NCBI RefSeq assembly: GCF_019679435.2 | Contig: NZ_CP139781.1 | Location: 3,597,753-3,629,752, forward strand | Length of the DNA stretch: 32,000 bases | DNA from: Actomonas aquatica | GTDB taxonomy: Bacteria > Verrucomicrobiota > Verrucomicrobiia > Opitutales > Opitutaceae | Reading direction: 5' to 3' | Shown: positions 1 to 7,807 of the stretch, one piece after another | How the letters are laid out: each line of letters starts with the position of its first letter | Position numbering within the stretch: the first letter of the stretch is position 1 | Made by a program: the position numbers and the translations under genes | The notes under the pieces: model-generated | Told to the model about the DNA's origin: nothing | The model's database searches: none | What the model saw: the letters and a program-made list of their open reading frames with translations, nothing else

Positions 1-174
1 CCTTGGGGCCCATGAGGAGCTGCGCTTGAGCCGAAGGTGAAAGCGTGGCCCGAAGGCGACCACGTTCTCGCTGCGCTCCAACGCCGCTACGCCGCAGCAC
101 GCCCGGATTCAGGGGCACAAATCCGTGGTTATCGGTGTGATCCGTGGCCCCTTTTCCATCCAAACCAAGCAAGC

Positions 175-543
175 CTAAGCTCCCTCGGCGAGCCGCGGCT
201 CAAAGAACTCGTCCATCGGCAGTCCATCGAGGTCTTCCAAAACTTCGTCCAGGCTGTCGGCGACCGCATCCAGATTCGTGTATTCCTCCCGGATCACCTC
301 GGCCAACGCTTCGCACGCCGCGGCAACCTCCTCGTGGGTATAAACGATGAGCGCCTTCGGCTCGGTCTCGTCCTCGTCCTCCTCCTCGATCTCCCCCGTG
401 TTGAACTGGGTAAACGGACGCGTCACCTCGGCCAGATCCTCCTCCAGCTCAATCACCTCGCGCACCTGCTCCAGCAGCCGTTCCGGCCACTCCAACAGCA
501 CCGTGCCGTGGTTCACCGCATCCAGAATAAATCGTCGCTCCAT
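175..543 (-). CDS. hypothetical small acidic protein (122 aa)
   Basis: ORF 175..717(-) trimmed to the internal ATG at 543 (MERRFILDAVNHG...). The 58 upstream codons are Arg/Gly-rich and run across the intergenic repeat at 590-626. Third positions are G/C-rich. Glu/Asp-rich core (GEIEEEDEDETEP). No family recognised. Confidence 0.5.
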   Translation of the reverse strand: MERRFILDAVNHGTVLLEWPERLLEQVREVIELEEDLAEVTRPFTQFNTGEIEEEDEDETEPKALIVYTHEEVAAACEALAEVIREEYTNLDAVADSLDEVLEDLDGLPMDEFFEPRLAEGA

Positions 544-589
544 AGGACCGAGCACCCTTCCCCGCGCCGGCCCCCACGGCGAGCGTTTT

Positions 590-626
590 CTCGCCGAAGG
601 GGTCAATCCTATATCCTTGCAGTCGC
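590..626 (+). repeat. intergenic repeat element, copy A (diverged)
   Basis: ctcgccgaaggggtcaatcctatatccttgcagtcgc aligns without gaps to 5834-5870 with 4 mismatches in 37 nt. Same orientation as copies B and C. Lies between the stop of the DUF1611 gene and the start of the acidic ORF. Confidence 0.8.
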
Positions 627-656
627 CCGCTCTGTCCGACGTCCGGCCACCCGTGA

Positions 657-1727
657 TCAGCCGCTCAAAATCGCATCGAAGATCGCCCCCGGTCCGAAGC
701 GCACGACATCGGTGCACGGCAAACCTGTTTCGGCCGCCGCCGCATCCACCGCCGCCTGCGCCGCCGCGTCATCCAGTCCCCAAGTGTTGAGCGCAATACC
801 CATCACCTTCGCCGGCGTCAGCGCACCCCCGGCCGCGGCCACTGTTTCGTAAAACGATACCACGGTCGGCAGCGGCGGCAAAACGATGTCCGGAAACGCC
901 TGCAAGCTGCTCAGTCCCGCCTTGGCCACCACTACGAGGTGCGTCGGTTGCGTGCCGCGCAGCAGCGGCAGCGTGGCGGTCGACGAGGGATTAAACATCG
1001 AGCCCTGGCCTTCGACCCAGACCACATCGGCGTCCGCGCCGTGACGCATCACCTCGGCCTCGACCGCGCCACTCGCAAAATCGACCCGCACCGCGTCGAG
1101 ACACACCCCGGTGCCGGCAATCATCATGCCGGTTTGGCCCGTGCCCACGAACGCCGAGCGCAGTCCCCGCTCTCGCGTCGCCCGATCGAATTCCAGCGCC
1201 GCGGTCATTTTGCCGATGTTCATGTCCGTGCCGACAAAGAGCACGCGCTTGCAACCCAAACCGCGGGCGGCCGCTTTGCCAGGTTTCAGGTCGGCGGGTT
1301 CGCGGCGAAGGTCCCACGTCCTCACCCCCGGCCGCAGCGCCGCCGCCACTTCGGGATCCGCAGCGAGCGGGGTGTGGCACCCGTTCCAAACCGACACGCC
1401 CGCCCGCACCGCTGCCCGCAGGTCCGACCACCAGTCCTCCTGCACCCGCCCGCCGGAAGGCGAAATACCGATCGCCAATACCGTGGGTCGTGTCGCCAGC
1501 GCTTCCTCCATCGTGGCAACGATGGTGAGGTCGGGCACGTCGGGCAAACGACTCACTTCGCGCAGCGAGCGGCCGGAAAACTCGCGGTCGATCACCGCCA
1601 CCACTTCGGCCCCGCGATAACGCAGCAGCGACAGGCCGGTCTTGCCGTAGCGGGAGGAGAACCCGCCGTGTTGCAACAGGACCAAGCGCTGCGGCTGGGT
1701 CGCGTGGGAGGAGAAATCGTCAGACAT
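657..1727 (-). CDS. DUF1611 family protein (DgcN-like putative N-acetyltransferase)
   Basis: ORF 657..1850(-) trimmed to the ATG at 1727 (MSDDFSSHATQPQRLVLLQHGG...). Family-typical stretch VLFVGTDMNIGKMTAALEF...FVGTGQTGMMIAGTGVCLDAVRVDFASGAVE. The start overlaps the upstream epimerase stop by 8 nt (ATGTCTGA). Confidence 0.8.
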   Translation of the reverse strand: MSDDFSSHATQPQRLVLLQHGGFSSRYGKTGLSLLRYRGAEVVAVIDREFSGRSLREVSRLPDVPDLTIVATMEEALATRPTVLAIGISPSGGRVQEDWWSDLRAAVRAGVSVWNGCHTPLAADPEVAAALRPGVRTWDLRREPADLKPGKAAARGLGCKRVLFVGTDMNIGKMTAALEFDRATRERGLRSAFVGTGQTGMMIAGTGVCLDAVRVDFASGAVEAEVMRHGADADVVWVEGQGSMFNPSSTATLPLLRGTQPTHLVVVAKAGLSSLQAFPDIVLPPLPTVVSFYETVAAAGGALTPAKVMGIALNTWGLDDAAAQAAVDAAAAETGLPCTDVVRFGPGAIFDAILSG

Positions 1728-2766
1728 GGGAAACGCCAAAACCGGCCGTGGAGGGAAGCACCGGACGACCGGCCCGCAGCTCCGCGCCACGGAAGGGGTC
1801 GTCCAACAGATTGAGATGACTGTCCAGATCGAGGTAGTCGACGAGCCCACCGAGCTGCGCCGCCGCCGTATTAGCGAGCGCGGTGTGACCGTAGCAGCCG
1901 ATGAGCACCTTCAGCCCATGCGCCCGCGCGGTGTGGATCAGCCGCAGCGCCCCATCGAGCCCGCCGCACTTCATGAGCTTGATGTTGATGCCGTCGATCC
2001 CGCCCACGAGCGTCGCCAACTCTTCGCTGGTGCGGCAGCTTTCATCGACCATGAGCGGCAACGGACTCCGCGCGCGCAGCGCCGGCAAGTCCGCCTCGCC
2101 TCCCCGCACCAAGGGTTGTTCGAGGTGATCGATGCCGAAGTCCGCCAACCACTCCGCCATCTCGATCGCCGTATCCAGATTCCAACCACCGTTGGCGTCG
2201 ACACTCACGCGCCACCCGCTTGGCAGCGCCGCATGCACCGCCGCAAACATCGCCTTGTCCGCCTCCACCCCGGCCGGCGACCCAAGCTTCACTTTGCAGG
2301 CGCACACCTCGACCGCCTCCTGCCACTGCTCGAGTCGACGCACCGCGCCTTCGGGCGAGTTGATGCCGATGGTCACCGACGTGAGCGGCCCCGGCTGATC
2401 CGCCAGTCCGAGCAGTTTCCAAACCGGCTGCCCCAGCCGTCGCCCCCACCAATCGTAGAGCGCGAGATTAACCGCCGCGATGAAGGCCGCCGGGGCGTCC
2501 GCGGCCCACAGCCGCCGGTCGATTTCCAGTCGCTCCCACGCGGTCGACCCCGCCAGCCACGCCCGATGCGTCGCAAAGGCCTCCCGAATGCGGTCCGCCG
2601 TCTGCGGCCGGTCGTCGATCGCGATCGGCACCGCCTCGCCCAGCCCCTCCACCCCGTCCTCCTGCCAGCGCAGCAAAAAGACGTGCGTGTGCGTGGAGGT
2701 GCCGCGGCTGATGGTGAGCGGCACGCGTTTGGTGAAGTGGTGTTCGGTGAGCGAGAGTTCAGGCAT
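1720..2766 (-). CDS. enolase-superfamily (MR/MLE) dipeptide epimerase / N-acyl amino acid racemase-like
   Basis: 348-aa ORF with enolase-superfamily barrel landmarks in the usual order: KVKLG, VDANGGW, LEQP, MVDES, KLMKCGG. Confidence 0.85.
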   Translation of the reverse strand: MPELSLTEHHFTKRVPLTISRGTSTHTHVFLLRWQEDGVEGLGEAVPIAIDDRPQTADRIREAFATHRAWLAGSTAWERLEIDRRLWAADAPAAFIAAVNLALYDWWGRRLGQPVWKLLGLADQPGPLTSVTIGINSPEGAVRRLEQWQEAVEVCACKVKLGSPAGVEADKAMFAAVHAALPSGWRVSVDANGGWNLDTAIEMAEWLADFGIDHLEQPLVRGGEADLPALRARSPLPLMVDESCRTSEELATLVGGIDGINIKLMKCGGLDGALRLIHTARAHGLKVLIGCYGHTALANTAAAQLGGLVDYLDLDSHLNLLDDPFRGAELRAGRPVLPSTAGFGVSHV

Positions 2767-2853
2767 GGCAAAGAGAGCGGCGCGTCCAAGCCCTAGCGGG
2801 TGGTGGCGCCGACCTCAGCCTTTTTAGCAGGAATTCGGCTCAACACCCTCCGT

Positions 2854-2904
2854 GGAACCCCCGGAAATCGCTTCGCGCCCGGAGCCGACAATTTACGGGG
2901 TTCC
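2854..2904. promoter_or_regulatory. imperfect inverted repeat in divergent promoter region (candidate operator)
   Basis: GGAACCCC (2854-2861) and GGGGTTCC (2897-2904) are perfect 8-bp inverted arms, flanked internally by AAAT (2865-2868) and ATTT (2891-2894). Sits in the 179-bp gap between the epimerase operon (-) and the M81 peptidase gene (+). Confidence 0.3.
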
Positions 2905-2945
2905 CCCTAAACGGCCCGGCACGCCCTCCGCTACTCCAGCGCACC

Positions 2946-4562
2946 ATGGACCTGACCCGCCGCCGTTTCCTGTCGCTCTCGCCCGCTGCTTTGGCCGGTG
3001 CGTCGCTGCCCGCCCTCGCTGCCACGGCGGCCTCCACCGCCTCCGCCGCAGCGACGCCCTCCGCGCCCGGCAAACCGCTGCGCATCGCGGTGATGACCTT
3101 TTCGCACGAGACGGTGACCTTCCTGCCCTACGACACCACGATCGACGACTTCACCTACGAGGGCTCCCCCGCCAAGCGAGAAGCCCTGCTCCAGTCGGGC
3201 AGCCGCAGCTACATGGGCGGCTTCGTCACTGTCGCCCGCGAGTTTGCCGGCGTGGAACTGGTGGGCATCGAGTCACCGCTCGGTTCCAAGGCCGGGTCCG
3301 GTTCGGGTTGGCTGACCCACGAGACCTTCGAGCACTTCATGGGCAACATGATCGCCGATCTGAAGACGCAGGGTGACTTCGATGGCGTCTTTCTCGCCCT
3401 GCACGGCGCCATGGGCGTGCGCGGCGTGCCGCAGCCCGAAACCGAAATCGCCCGCCGCGTGCGCGCGGTGGTCGGCCCCGATGCATTTATCGCCGCGACC
3501 TTCGATCCCCACGGCAACGAGGACGACAGTTTCTACGCGTTCGCCGATCTCGGCTTCACCGTCAAATACTACCCGCACTACGACAGCTACCTGCAGGGCG
3601 AACGCGCCGCCCGCACACTCATTCGCACCCTTCGCGGCCAGTATCAGCCTACCCACTACACGGTGAAGGTGCCCATCATCTCACCCACCGTGCTGCAATG
3701 GACCGGCGCCTCCCCGTGGTCCGATCTCGTGCAACGTTGCCTCGTCTGGGAGTCCACCGAACCCGACACCTACGTGAACTTCTTCTACGGCTTTCCGTGG
3801 TCCGACGTGCCCGATGTCGGCATGTGTTTTCAGGTCACCACCAACGGCAAACCCGAGCTGGCCGAAAAGATCGCCATGGACCTCGCGCACACCGCCTGGC
3901 GCCAACGGGAGGCCCTGCTCAACACCACCCAGATTCACCCCATCGCCGAAGGGGTGAGCCTCGCCGCCGCCGCCCTCGAATCGGGCGCCTACCCGGTAGT
4001 GATCGCCGATCACAGCGACCGTTCCGGCTACGCCACCTGGACCCTCCAGGAAATCATCAAACAGGACCTGAGTGATGCGCTCATCGTGACCGTCGCCGAC
4101 CGCGACGCCATCGCGACACTGGTGGCTGGCGGCGTGAAACCCGGCGATGCCTTTGACATGCCCGTCGGCGGGCGGGTGGCCGACTCCGCCGGCGACCCCG
4201 TGCGCATCGTCGGCACCGTGGCCACTGTCACCCCGGGCCTCGGCCGCTCCGGCAAGGACGAGACGTGGGTCTCGGTCAAATTTGGACGCAACAACCTCCT
4301 CGTGATCAGCCCCTTCCTGAAGCAGATCATTCAACCCGAGCCCCTGCGCGAACTCGGCATCACGCTCGAGGACTACAAGGTGTTTGTGATCAAATCCCGG
4401 GTGCATTTCCGGCGCGGCTTCGACGACAACGCCTTCGCCAAAACCATCCTCATCGTCGAGCCCACCCAGAACTTCCTCGGCACCGTGCGCCTGCAAGGCC
4501 TGCCCTACGAACACGTCAACCTGCAGAACTACTACCCCTACGGCGACGTCTCCTTTCCCTGA
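2946..4562 (+). CDS. M81 family metallopeptidase (MlrC-like), Tat-secreted
   Basis: 538-aa ORF. The N-terminus MDLTRRRFLSLSPAALAGASLPALA is a twin-arginine signal. The body starts RIAVMTFSHETVTF and continues ...FLALHGAM..., typical of MlrC N- and C-domains. Confidence 0.8.
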   Translation: MDLTRRRFLSLSPAALAGASLPALAATAASTASAAATPSAPGKPLRIAVMTFSHETVTFLPYDTTIDDFTYEGSPAKREALLQSGSRSYMGGFVTVAREFAGVELVGIESPLGSKAGSGSGWLTHETFEHFMGNMIADLKTQGDFDGVFLALHGAMGVRGVPQPETEIARRVRAVVGPDAFIAATFDPHGNEDDSFYAFADLGFTVKYYPHYDSYLQGERAARTLIRTLRGQYQPTHYTVKVPIISPTVLQWTGASPWSDLVQRCLVWESTEPDTYVNFFYGFPWSDVPDVGMCFQVTTNGKPELAEKIAMDLAHTAWRQREALLNTTQIHPIAEGVSLAAAALESGAYPVVIADHSDRSGYATWTLQEIIKQDLSDALIVTVADRDAIATLVAGGVKPGDAFDMPVGGRVADSAGDPVRIVGTVATVTPGLGRSGKDETWVSVKFGRNNLLVISPFLKQIIQPEPLRELGITLEDYKVFVIKSRVHFRRGFDDNAFAKTILIVEPTQNFLGTVRLQGLPYEHVNLQNYYPYGDVSFP

Positions 4563-4574
4563 GGGCTCTGCGAG

Positions 4575-4680
4575 CAGCGGTCAGCTATCAGCTATCAGCT
4601 ATCAGCTATCAGCCATCAGCACTCAGCCGACCAGTCAACCAGTCGACCAGCACCCAGCAACCCAGCAACCAGCCGCCCAG
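4575..4680. repeat. degenerate heptanucleotide tandem array 1
   Basis: Units: CAGCGGT, CAGCTAT x4, CAGCCAT, CAGCACT, CAGCCGA. It then decays to CCAGTCAA, CCAGTCGA, CCAGCAC, CCAGCAA, CCCAGCAA, CCAGCCG, CCCAG. Lies between the peptidase stop (4562) and the LuxR ATG (4712). Confidence 0.9.
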
Positions 4681-4711
4681 GTTGGCACGCGGCCCGCTGT
4701 CGCTCCGCCTG

Positions 4712-5842
4712 ATGTCCTTCGGTGCGGTTTCGTCCTCCTCCCTGTCCTCGGCTGCCGCCGCGCAGCGGCGTGACCTGCTCATTTCGCAACTGCACACCGC
4801 GGTCGACCTCGACGCGTTCTGGAAGGCCAGCCTGCAGCTGCTCAGCGAATGGGTGCCGCACCACTCCTGCAGCCTGCTCTACGGCATCATCGATCAACAC
4901 ACCCTGAACTCGCGGCATCACATGCCGGGACCCCGTGCCGACCGTCGCTCCGTGTCCAACCTCGACATCGTGCACGGCTTCCTCGCCCGCCATCCCGGCG
5001 TGCAGCTCTACACCTTCCGCGACGTCGTGTCGGAAGACCCGTCCGCCCAGGAACGGCAACAAGCCCAGCAGAGCCGTCACCACGCCGCGTGGGAGGACTT
5101 CGTGCACCTCGCTTTCTGGGACGGTCATCGCCCCGACGCCGTGCTCAGCGTGCGCCGCGAACGCGCGCAGGGTCCATTCACCGCCGCCGAAATCGCCCTG
5201 CTGCGCGAACTCCACCCCGTGATCGAAGCCGGCCTGCAGCGCCTGCGCCGCCTCGCCGACGAGCGCAGCCAGCACCTGAGCATCAAACGTTTCCTCGCCG
5301 AGGTGCCGGTGCCGGTCCTCTTTCTCAACGCCAACCTGCGCCTCATCTACGCCAGCCGCGAAGGTTACGCCGCCGCAGCGGAATGGAATCACGGTCGCGC
5401 CGCCGCCCGTCAACTCGACCCGCGCCGCGCCTTCGAACTGCCCCCGGCCATCGCCGATGCCTGCCGCGAACTCGGTGCCGACCTCGACGGACAGCGTCAT
5501 CGCCGCGTCCCCCACCCCGAGCGCCGCGACCTCACCGCCCGCCTGCAGATCGATACGCCGGGCTCCTCGCCCTGGAGTCGGCCCGTTTACCGCGTGCTCT
5601 TCCTCACCGACCGCAGCATCGACGACGTGCCCCTCTCCGCCAACCCCGGGGTCTTGCCTCTCCTGCAACGCCTCACCCCCAACGAACGCCGCGTCGCACT
5701 CCTCGTCACCGAAGGCTGCCACAATCGCGACATCGCCACCCGCCTCGGCAAATCCCCGCGCACCGTCGAGTGCCAGCTCACCGAAATCTACCGCAAACTC
5801 GGCGTCCGCAACCGCGTCCAACTCACCCGCGCCCTCGCATAA
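4712..5842 (+). CDS. LuxR-family transcriptional regulator (unknown N-terminal sensor domain + C-terminal HTH)
   Basis: ORF 4265..5842 trimmed to the first ATG after the upstream gene and repeat array (MSFGAVSSSS...). The C-terminus LTPNERRVALLVTEGCHNRDIATRLGKSPRTVECQLTEIYRKLGVRNRVQL is a GerE/LuxR HTH. Confidence 0.8.
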   Translation: MSFGAVSSSSLSSAAAAQRRDLLISQLHTAVDLDAFWKASLQLLSEWVPHHSCSLLYGIIDQHTLNSRHHMPGPRADRRSVSNLDIVHGFLARHPGVQLYTFRDVVSEDPSAQERQQAQQSRHHAAWEDFVHLAFWDGHRPDAVLSVRRERAQGPFTAAEIALLRELHPVIEAGLQRLRRLADERSQHLSIKRFLAEVPVPVLFLNANLRLIYASREGYAAAAEWNHGRAAARQLDPRRAFELPPAIADACRELGADLDGQRHRRVPHPERRDLTARLQIDTPGSSPWSRPVYRVLFLTDRSIDDVPLSANPGVLPLLQRLTPNERRVALLVTEGCHNRDIATRLGKSPRTVECQLTEIYRKLGVRNRVQLTRALA

Positions 5843-5871
5843 GGGGTCAATCTTATATCCTTGCGGTCGCG
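5834..5871 (+). repeat. intergenic repeat element, copy B
   Basis: cgcataaggggtcaatcttatatccttgcggtcgcg (5836-5871) is 36/36 identical to 7679-7714. The TAA inside it (5840-5842) is the LuxR stop codon. Confidence 0.9.
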
Positions 5872-5912
5872 CCCATTCGCGCACCGGGTCCACCTACCCC
5901 GCCCCCTTCGTC

Positions 5913-7598
5913 CTAAGGCTCCGTTTGCAGGAGGTAGATTTCACCGAGCGCTGTTCCCACATCGGTTGGATCCTCCGCTTCGATCCAAACGGTGTAGGCT
6001 CCCGCCCCGAGCGTCAGCAACATCGCCGCATCTGCACTCTCGGAATCCAGCGCGAAGGCACCAACTCGCTTTGCCGCCTCGGTCATCGCCGCATCGCCGC
6101 CCCACGCCGTGCCCGTCGCAACGATTTCCTGGGATTGGTTGAACACGGTCATGCGCGGGCGCGTCACCACGCCGGTCAGTCCAAATTCCTCCAATCCAGG
6201 TCCCACTGCCCGCAGCAGGAGGTGCGCCGGTTCGACCCCGGCAACCACAAAGCCCAGCACGATCGGACGTCCTTGGCCGACTTCGGCCCGCGTCGACAGA
6301 TTGACCAATCCGCCCAGGTGTCCGCCGTCATCATAGAGTTCGTAGATTTCGCCCAACGCGGTGCCCGCCGAAGCCTGCGCGCCACTGATCACCAACGAAT
6401 ATGCACCATCCACGACCGCAGCGCGCAACGCGGTGTCGCGTTCGCCTGCACCAAACCCGAAGGCACCCACCCGGGCAAACTCATCGCCCACCACCCCCGC
6501 CCCGGTGTCTTCCCAATTGTCGTTGGCCGCCAGTTCCTCGCCGAGATGAATCAATCGGGCCCGCGGGTCGGCAACAGCGTCTCCCACGCCAAACGCGTGC
6601 AGCGACGGGCCCGCGCCACGCAGCAGAAATTCACGCTCGCCTTGATGGCGCGTCACAAAACCCACCACCATGGTTTGCGACTCTCCCGCGATCCGTGCCC
6701 GGGTCGACAGATTGCGGAGTCGGGTGCGCTCGACGACGTCGACCTCAGTTGAAAACCGCAGCGAGCCAATGGGATTGGAGACCGTGAGCACATACTCGCC
6801 CGCCGTCGATTGGGATACCACGGGTAACATCAGCTCTGGGCCATCCGCGTCCTCAATGACGACGCCATTGTGGAACCATCGATACTCCAAATCGTCCCCC
6901 GTTAACGGAGATGAAGGCGCGATGCGCAGCTCTTCCCCCACCCATGCGACCGGCGCGTCCGCCTCGATCGCATCGCCTCCCGCGGGTGGATTGAAGCCGA
7001 AAACCTCGATCGCGCCCACCGTCGCCGCATACGGCGCGACCGTTTCCGTGCCGGTGCCGCCCAGACTAAATCGCAGATACTGAATGTCGCCGCTGCTCGG
7101 CTGGTAGGGCCCCTCGTGCACCAGCGTATCATCGATCCAGATACGCCACACTTCGTGGGCATTGTCCGCCTCGATGCGCAGGTTGAACTGATCTCCTCCG
7201 GGGAGCGTCTCGTAGTTGCCACCATAGCTGCCGTATCCGTAGCCATTGGGAACAAAAACCCGCATCTGCAGAGCGCCATCGCGGCGAGAGAAACGGATCG
7301 ACTGGACCACCGGCGTATCAAGGAAAACGGTGAATCTCTGGTTCCCGCCCGTTGAATCGGGCAGCTGACTAAGCCGCAGTGAGCACCGAATGTCGTAGTA
7401 GTCCTTGCCCGCCTGCACAGCGTGGCGGAACTGGCTGTAGCGATACGGAACCCCTTCGTAGATCATGCCGGTGGACCAGGGCACCAGCACCACCAGTTCG
7501 GCCGGCGACCGCAATCCGGTTCCCAAACAAAGCAACAGCATCACCAGCCATTGGTTTACTTTCGGTCCAAGTCTCCAATTGGGGTAAACCACGCGCAT
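5913..7598 (-). CDS. secreted multidomain protein (beta-sandwich/LamG-like N-domain, Ig-like domain, two NLSTR-type repeats)
   Basis: 561-aa ORF with a hydrophobic N-terminal segment (WLVMLLLCLGTGL). Ig-like stretch EYRWFHNGVVIEDADGPELMLPVVSQSTAGEYVLTVSNPIGS. Two homologous modules of about 125 aa each (LRNLSTRARI...GTALGEIYEL and LVNLSTRAEV...GTALGEIYLL). The start could instead be the internal Met at MLLLCLG. Confidence 0.75.
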   Translation of the reverse strand: MRVVYPNWRLGPKVNQWLVMLLLCLGTGLRSPAELVVLVPWSTGMIYEGVPYRYSQFRHAVQAGKDYYDIRCSLRLSQLPDSTGGNQRFTVFLDTPVVQSIRFSRRDGALQMRVFVPNGYGYGSYGGNYETLPGGDQFNLRIEADNAHEVWRIWIDDTLVHEGPYQPSSGDIQYLRFSLGGTGTETVAPYAATVGAIEVFGFNPPAGGDAIEADAPVAWVGEELRIAPSSPLTGDDLEYRWFHNGVVIEDADGPELMLPVVSQSTAGEYVLTVSNPIGSLRFSTEVDVVERTRLRNLSTRARIAGESQTMVVGFVTRHQGEREFLLRGAGPSLHAFGVGDAVADPRARLIHLGEELAANDNWEDTGAGVVGDEFARVGAFGFGAGERDTALRAAVVDGAYSLVISGAQASAGTALGEIYELYDDGGHLGGLVNLSTRAEVGQGRPIVLGFVVAGVEPAHLLLRAVGPGLEEFGLTGVVTRPRMTVFNQSQEIVATGTAWGGDAAMTEAAKRVGAFALDSESADAAMLLTLGAGAYTVWIEAEDPTDVGTALGEIYLLQTEP

Positions 7599-7678
7599 CC
7601 CCGGAAAATCTCAAACCTGCCCCTCTCTTCGCAACCTGGGATTCTCAGCAGGCCGCACTATTCAAGCGGTTGCGTCCC

Positions 7679-7714
7679 CGCATAAGGGGTCAATCTTATA
7701 TCCTTGCGGTCGCG
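7679..7714 (+). repeat. intergenic repeat element, copy C
   Basis: 36/36 identical to 5836-5871, in the same orientation, 1843 bp downstream. Lies in the divergent gap between genes starting at 7598(-) and 7808(+). Confidence 0.9.
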
Positions 7715-7807
7715 TCCTGGGGAGCCGCGCGCTCCGCTACGCCCTTGCCTTGCTGAACTGGCCCCGCATGCGTCAAAGTCCCGACCGCCGCCCCACCCGA
7801 CCTCGTC

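Noticed and set aside
1-174. Possible partial gene at the extreme left edge
   Set aside because: All three plus frames hit stops within the first 40 nt. The only open minus frame has roughly 60 percent G/C at third positions, against the much higher values in real genes here. No call can be supported.
37-852. 271-aa plus-strand ORF at the left edge, with nested ORFs at 144..350 and 347..790
   Set aside because: It is antisense to better-supported minus-strand genes, with Arg/Pro/Ala/Ser-rich low-complexity translation typical of GC-rich shadow ORFs. It also crosses the intergenic repeat at 590-626.
2854-2904. GGAAC in the inverted-repeat arms as an ECF-type -35 box
   Set aside because: No CGTC/GTC-type -10 element lies at the required 16-17 nt spacing on either strand. 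The site is kept only as a candidate operator.
4575-4680. Heptamer arrays (here and at 31073-31188) as CRISPR arrays or telomere-like repeats (CCCTAA occurs once at about 31161)
   Set aside because: The units are 7 nt with no unique spacers and no cas genes, so this is not CRISPR. The single CCCTAA is a by-product of the drifting unit, not a telomeric tract.
4265-4711. N-terminal extension of the LuxR ORF back to the ATG at 4265, reading through the heptamer array as SYQLSAISYQPSA
   Set aside because: The extension overlaps the 3' end of the well-supported M81 peptidase gene in another frame and is Arg/Pro-rich. After the peptidase stop there is no in-frame ATG or GTG before 4712, so the array is treated as non-coding.
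4616-5893. 425-aa minus-strand ORF, and the 355-aa plus-strand ORF at 4849..5916
   Set aside because: Both overlap the LuxR-type gene, which has a clear C-terminal HTH. The alternatives are Gly/Ala/Val- or Arg/Pro-rich with no motifs.
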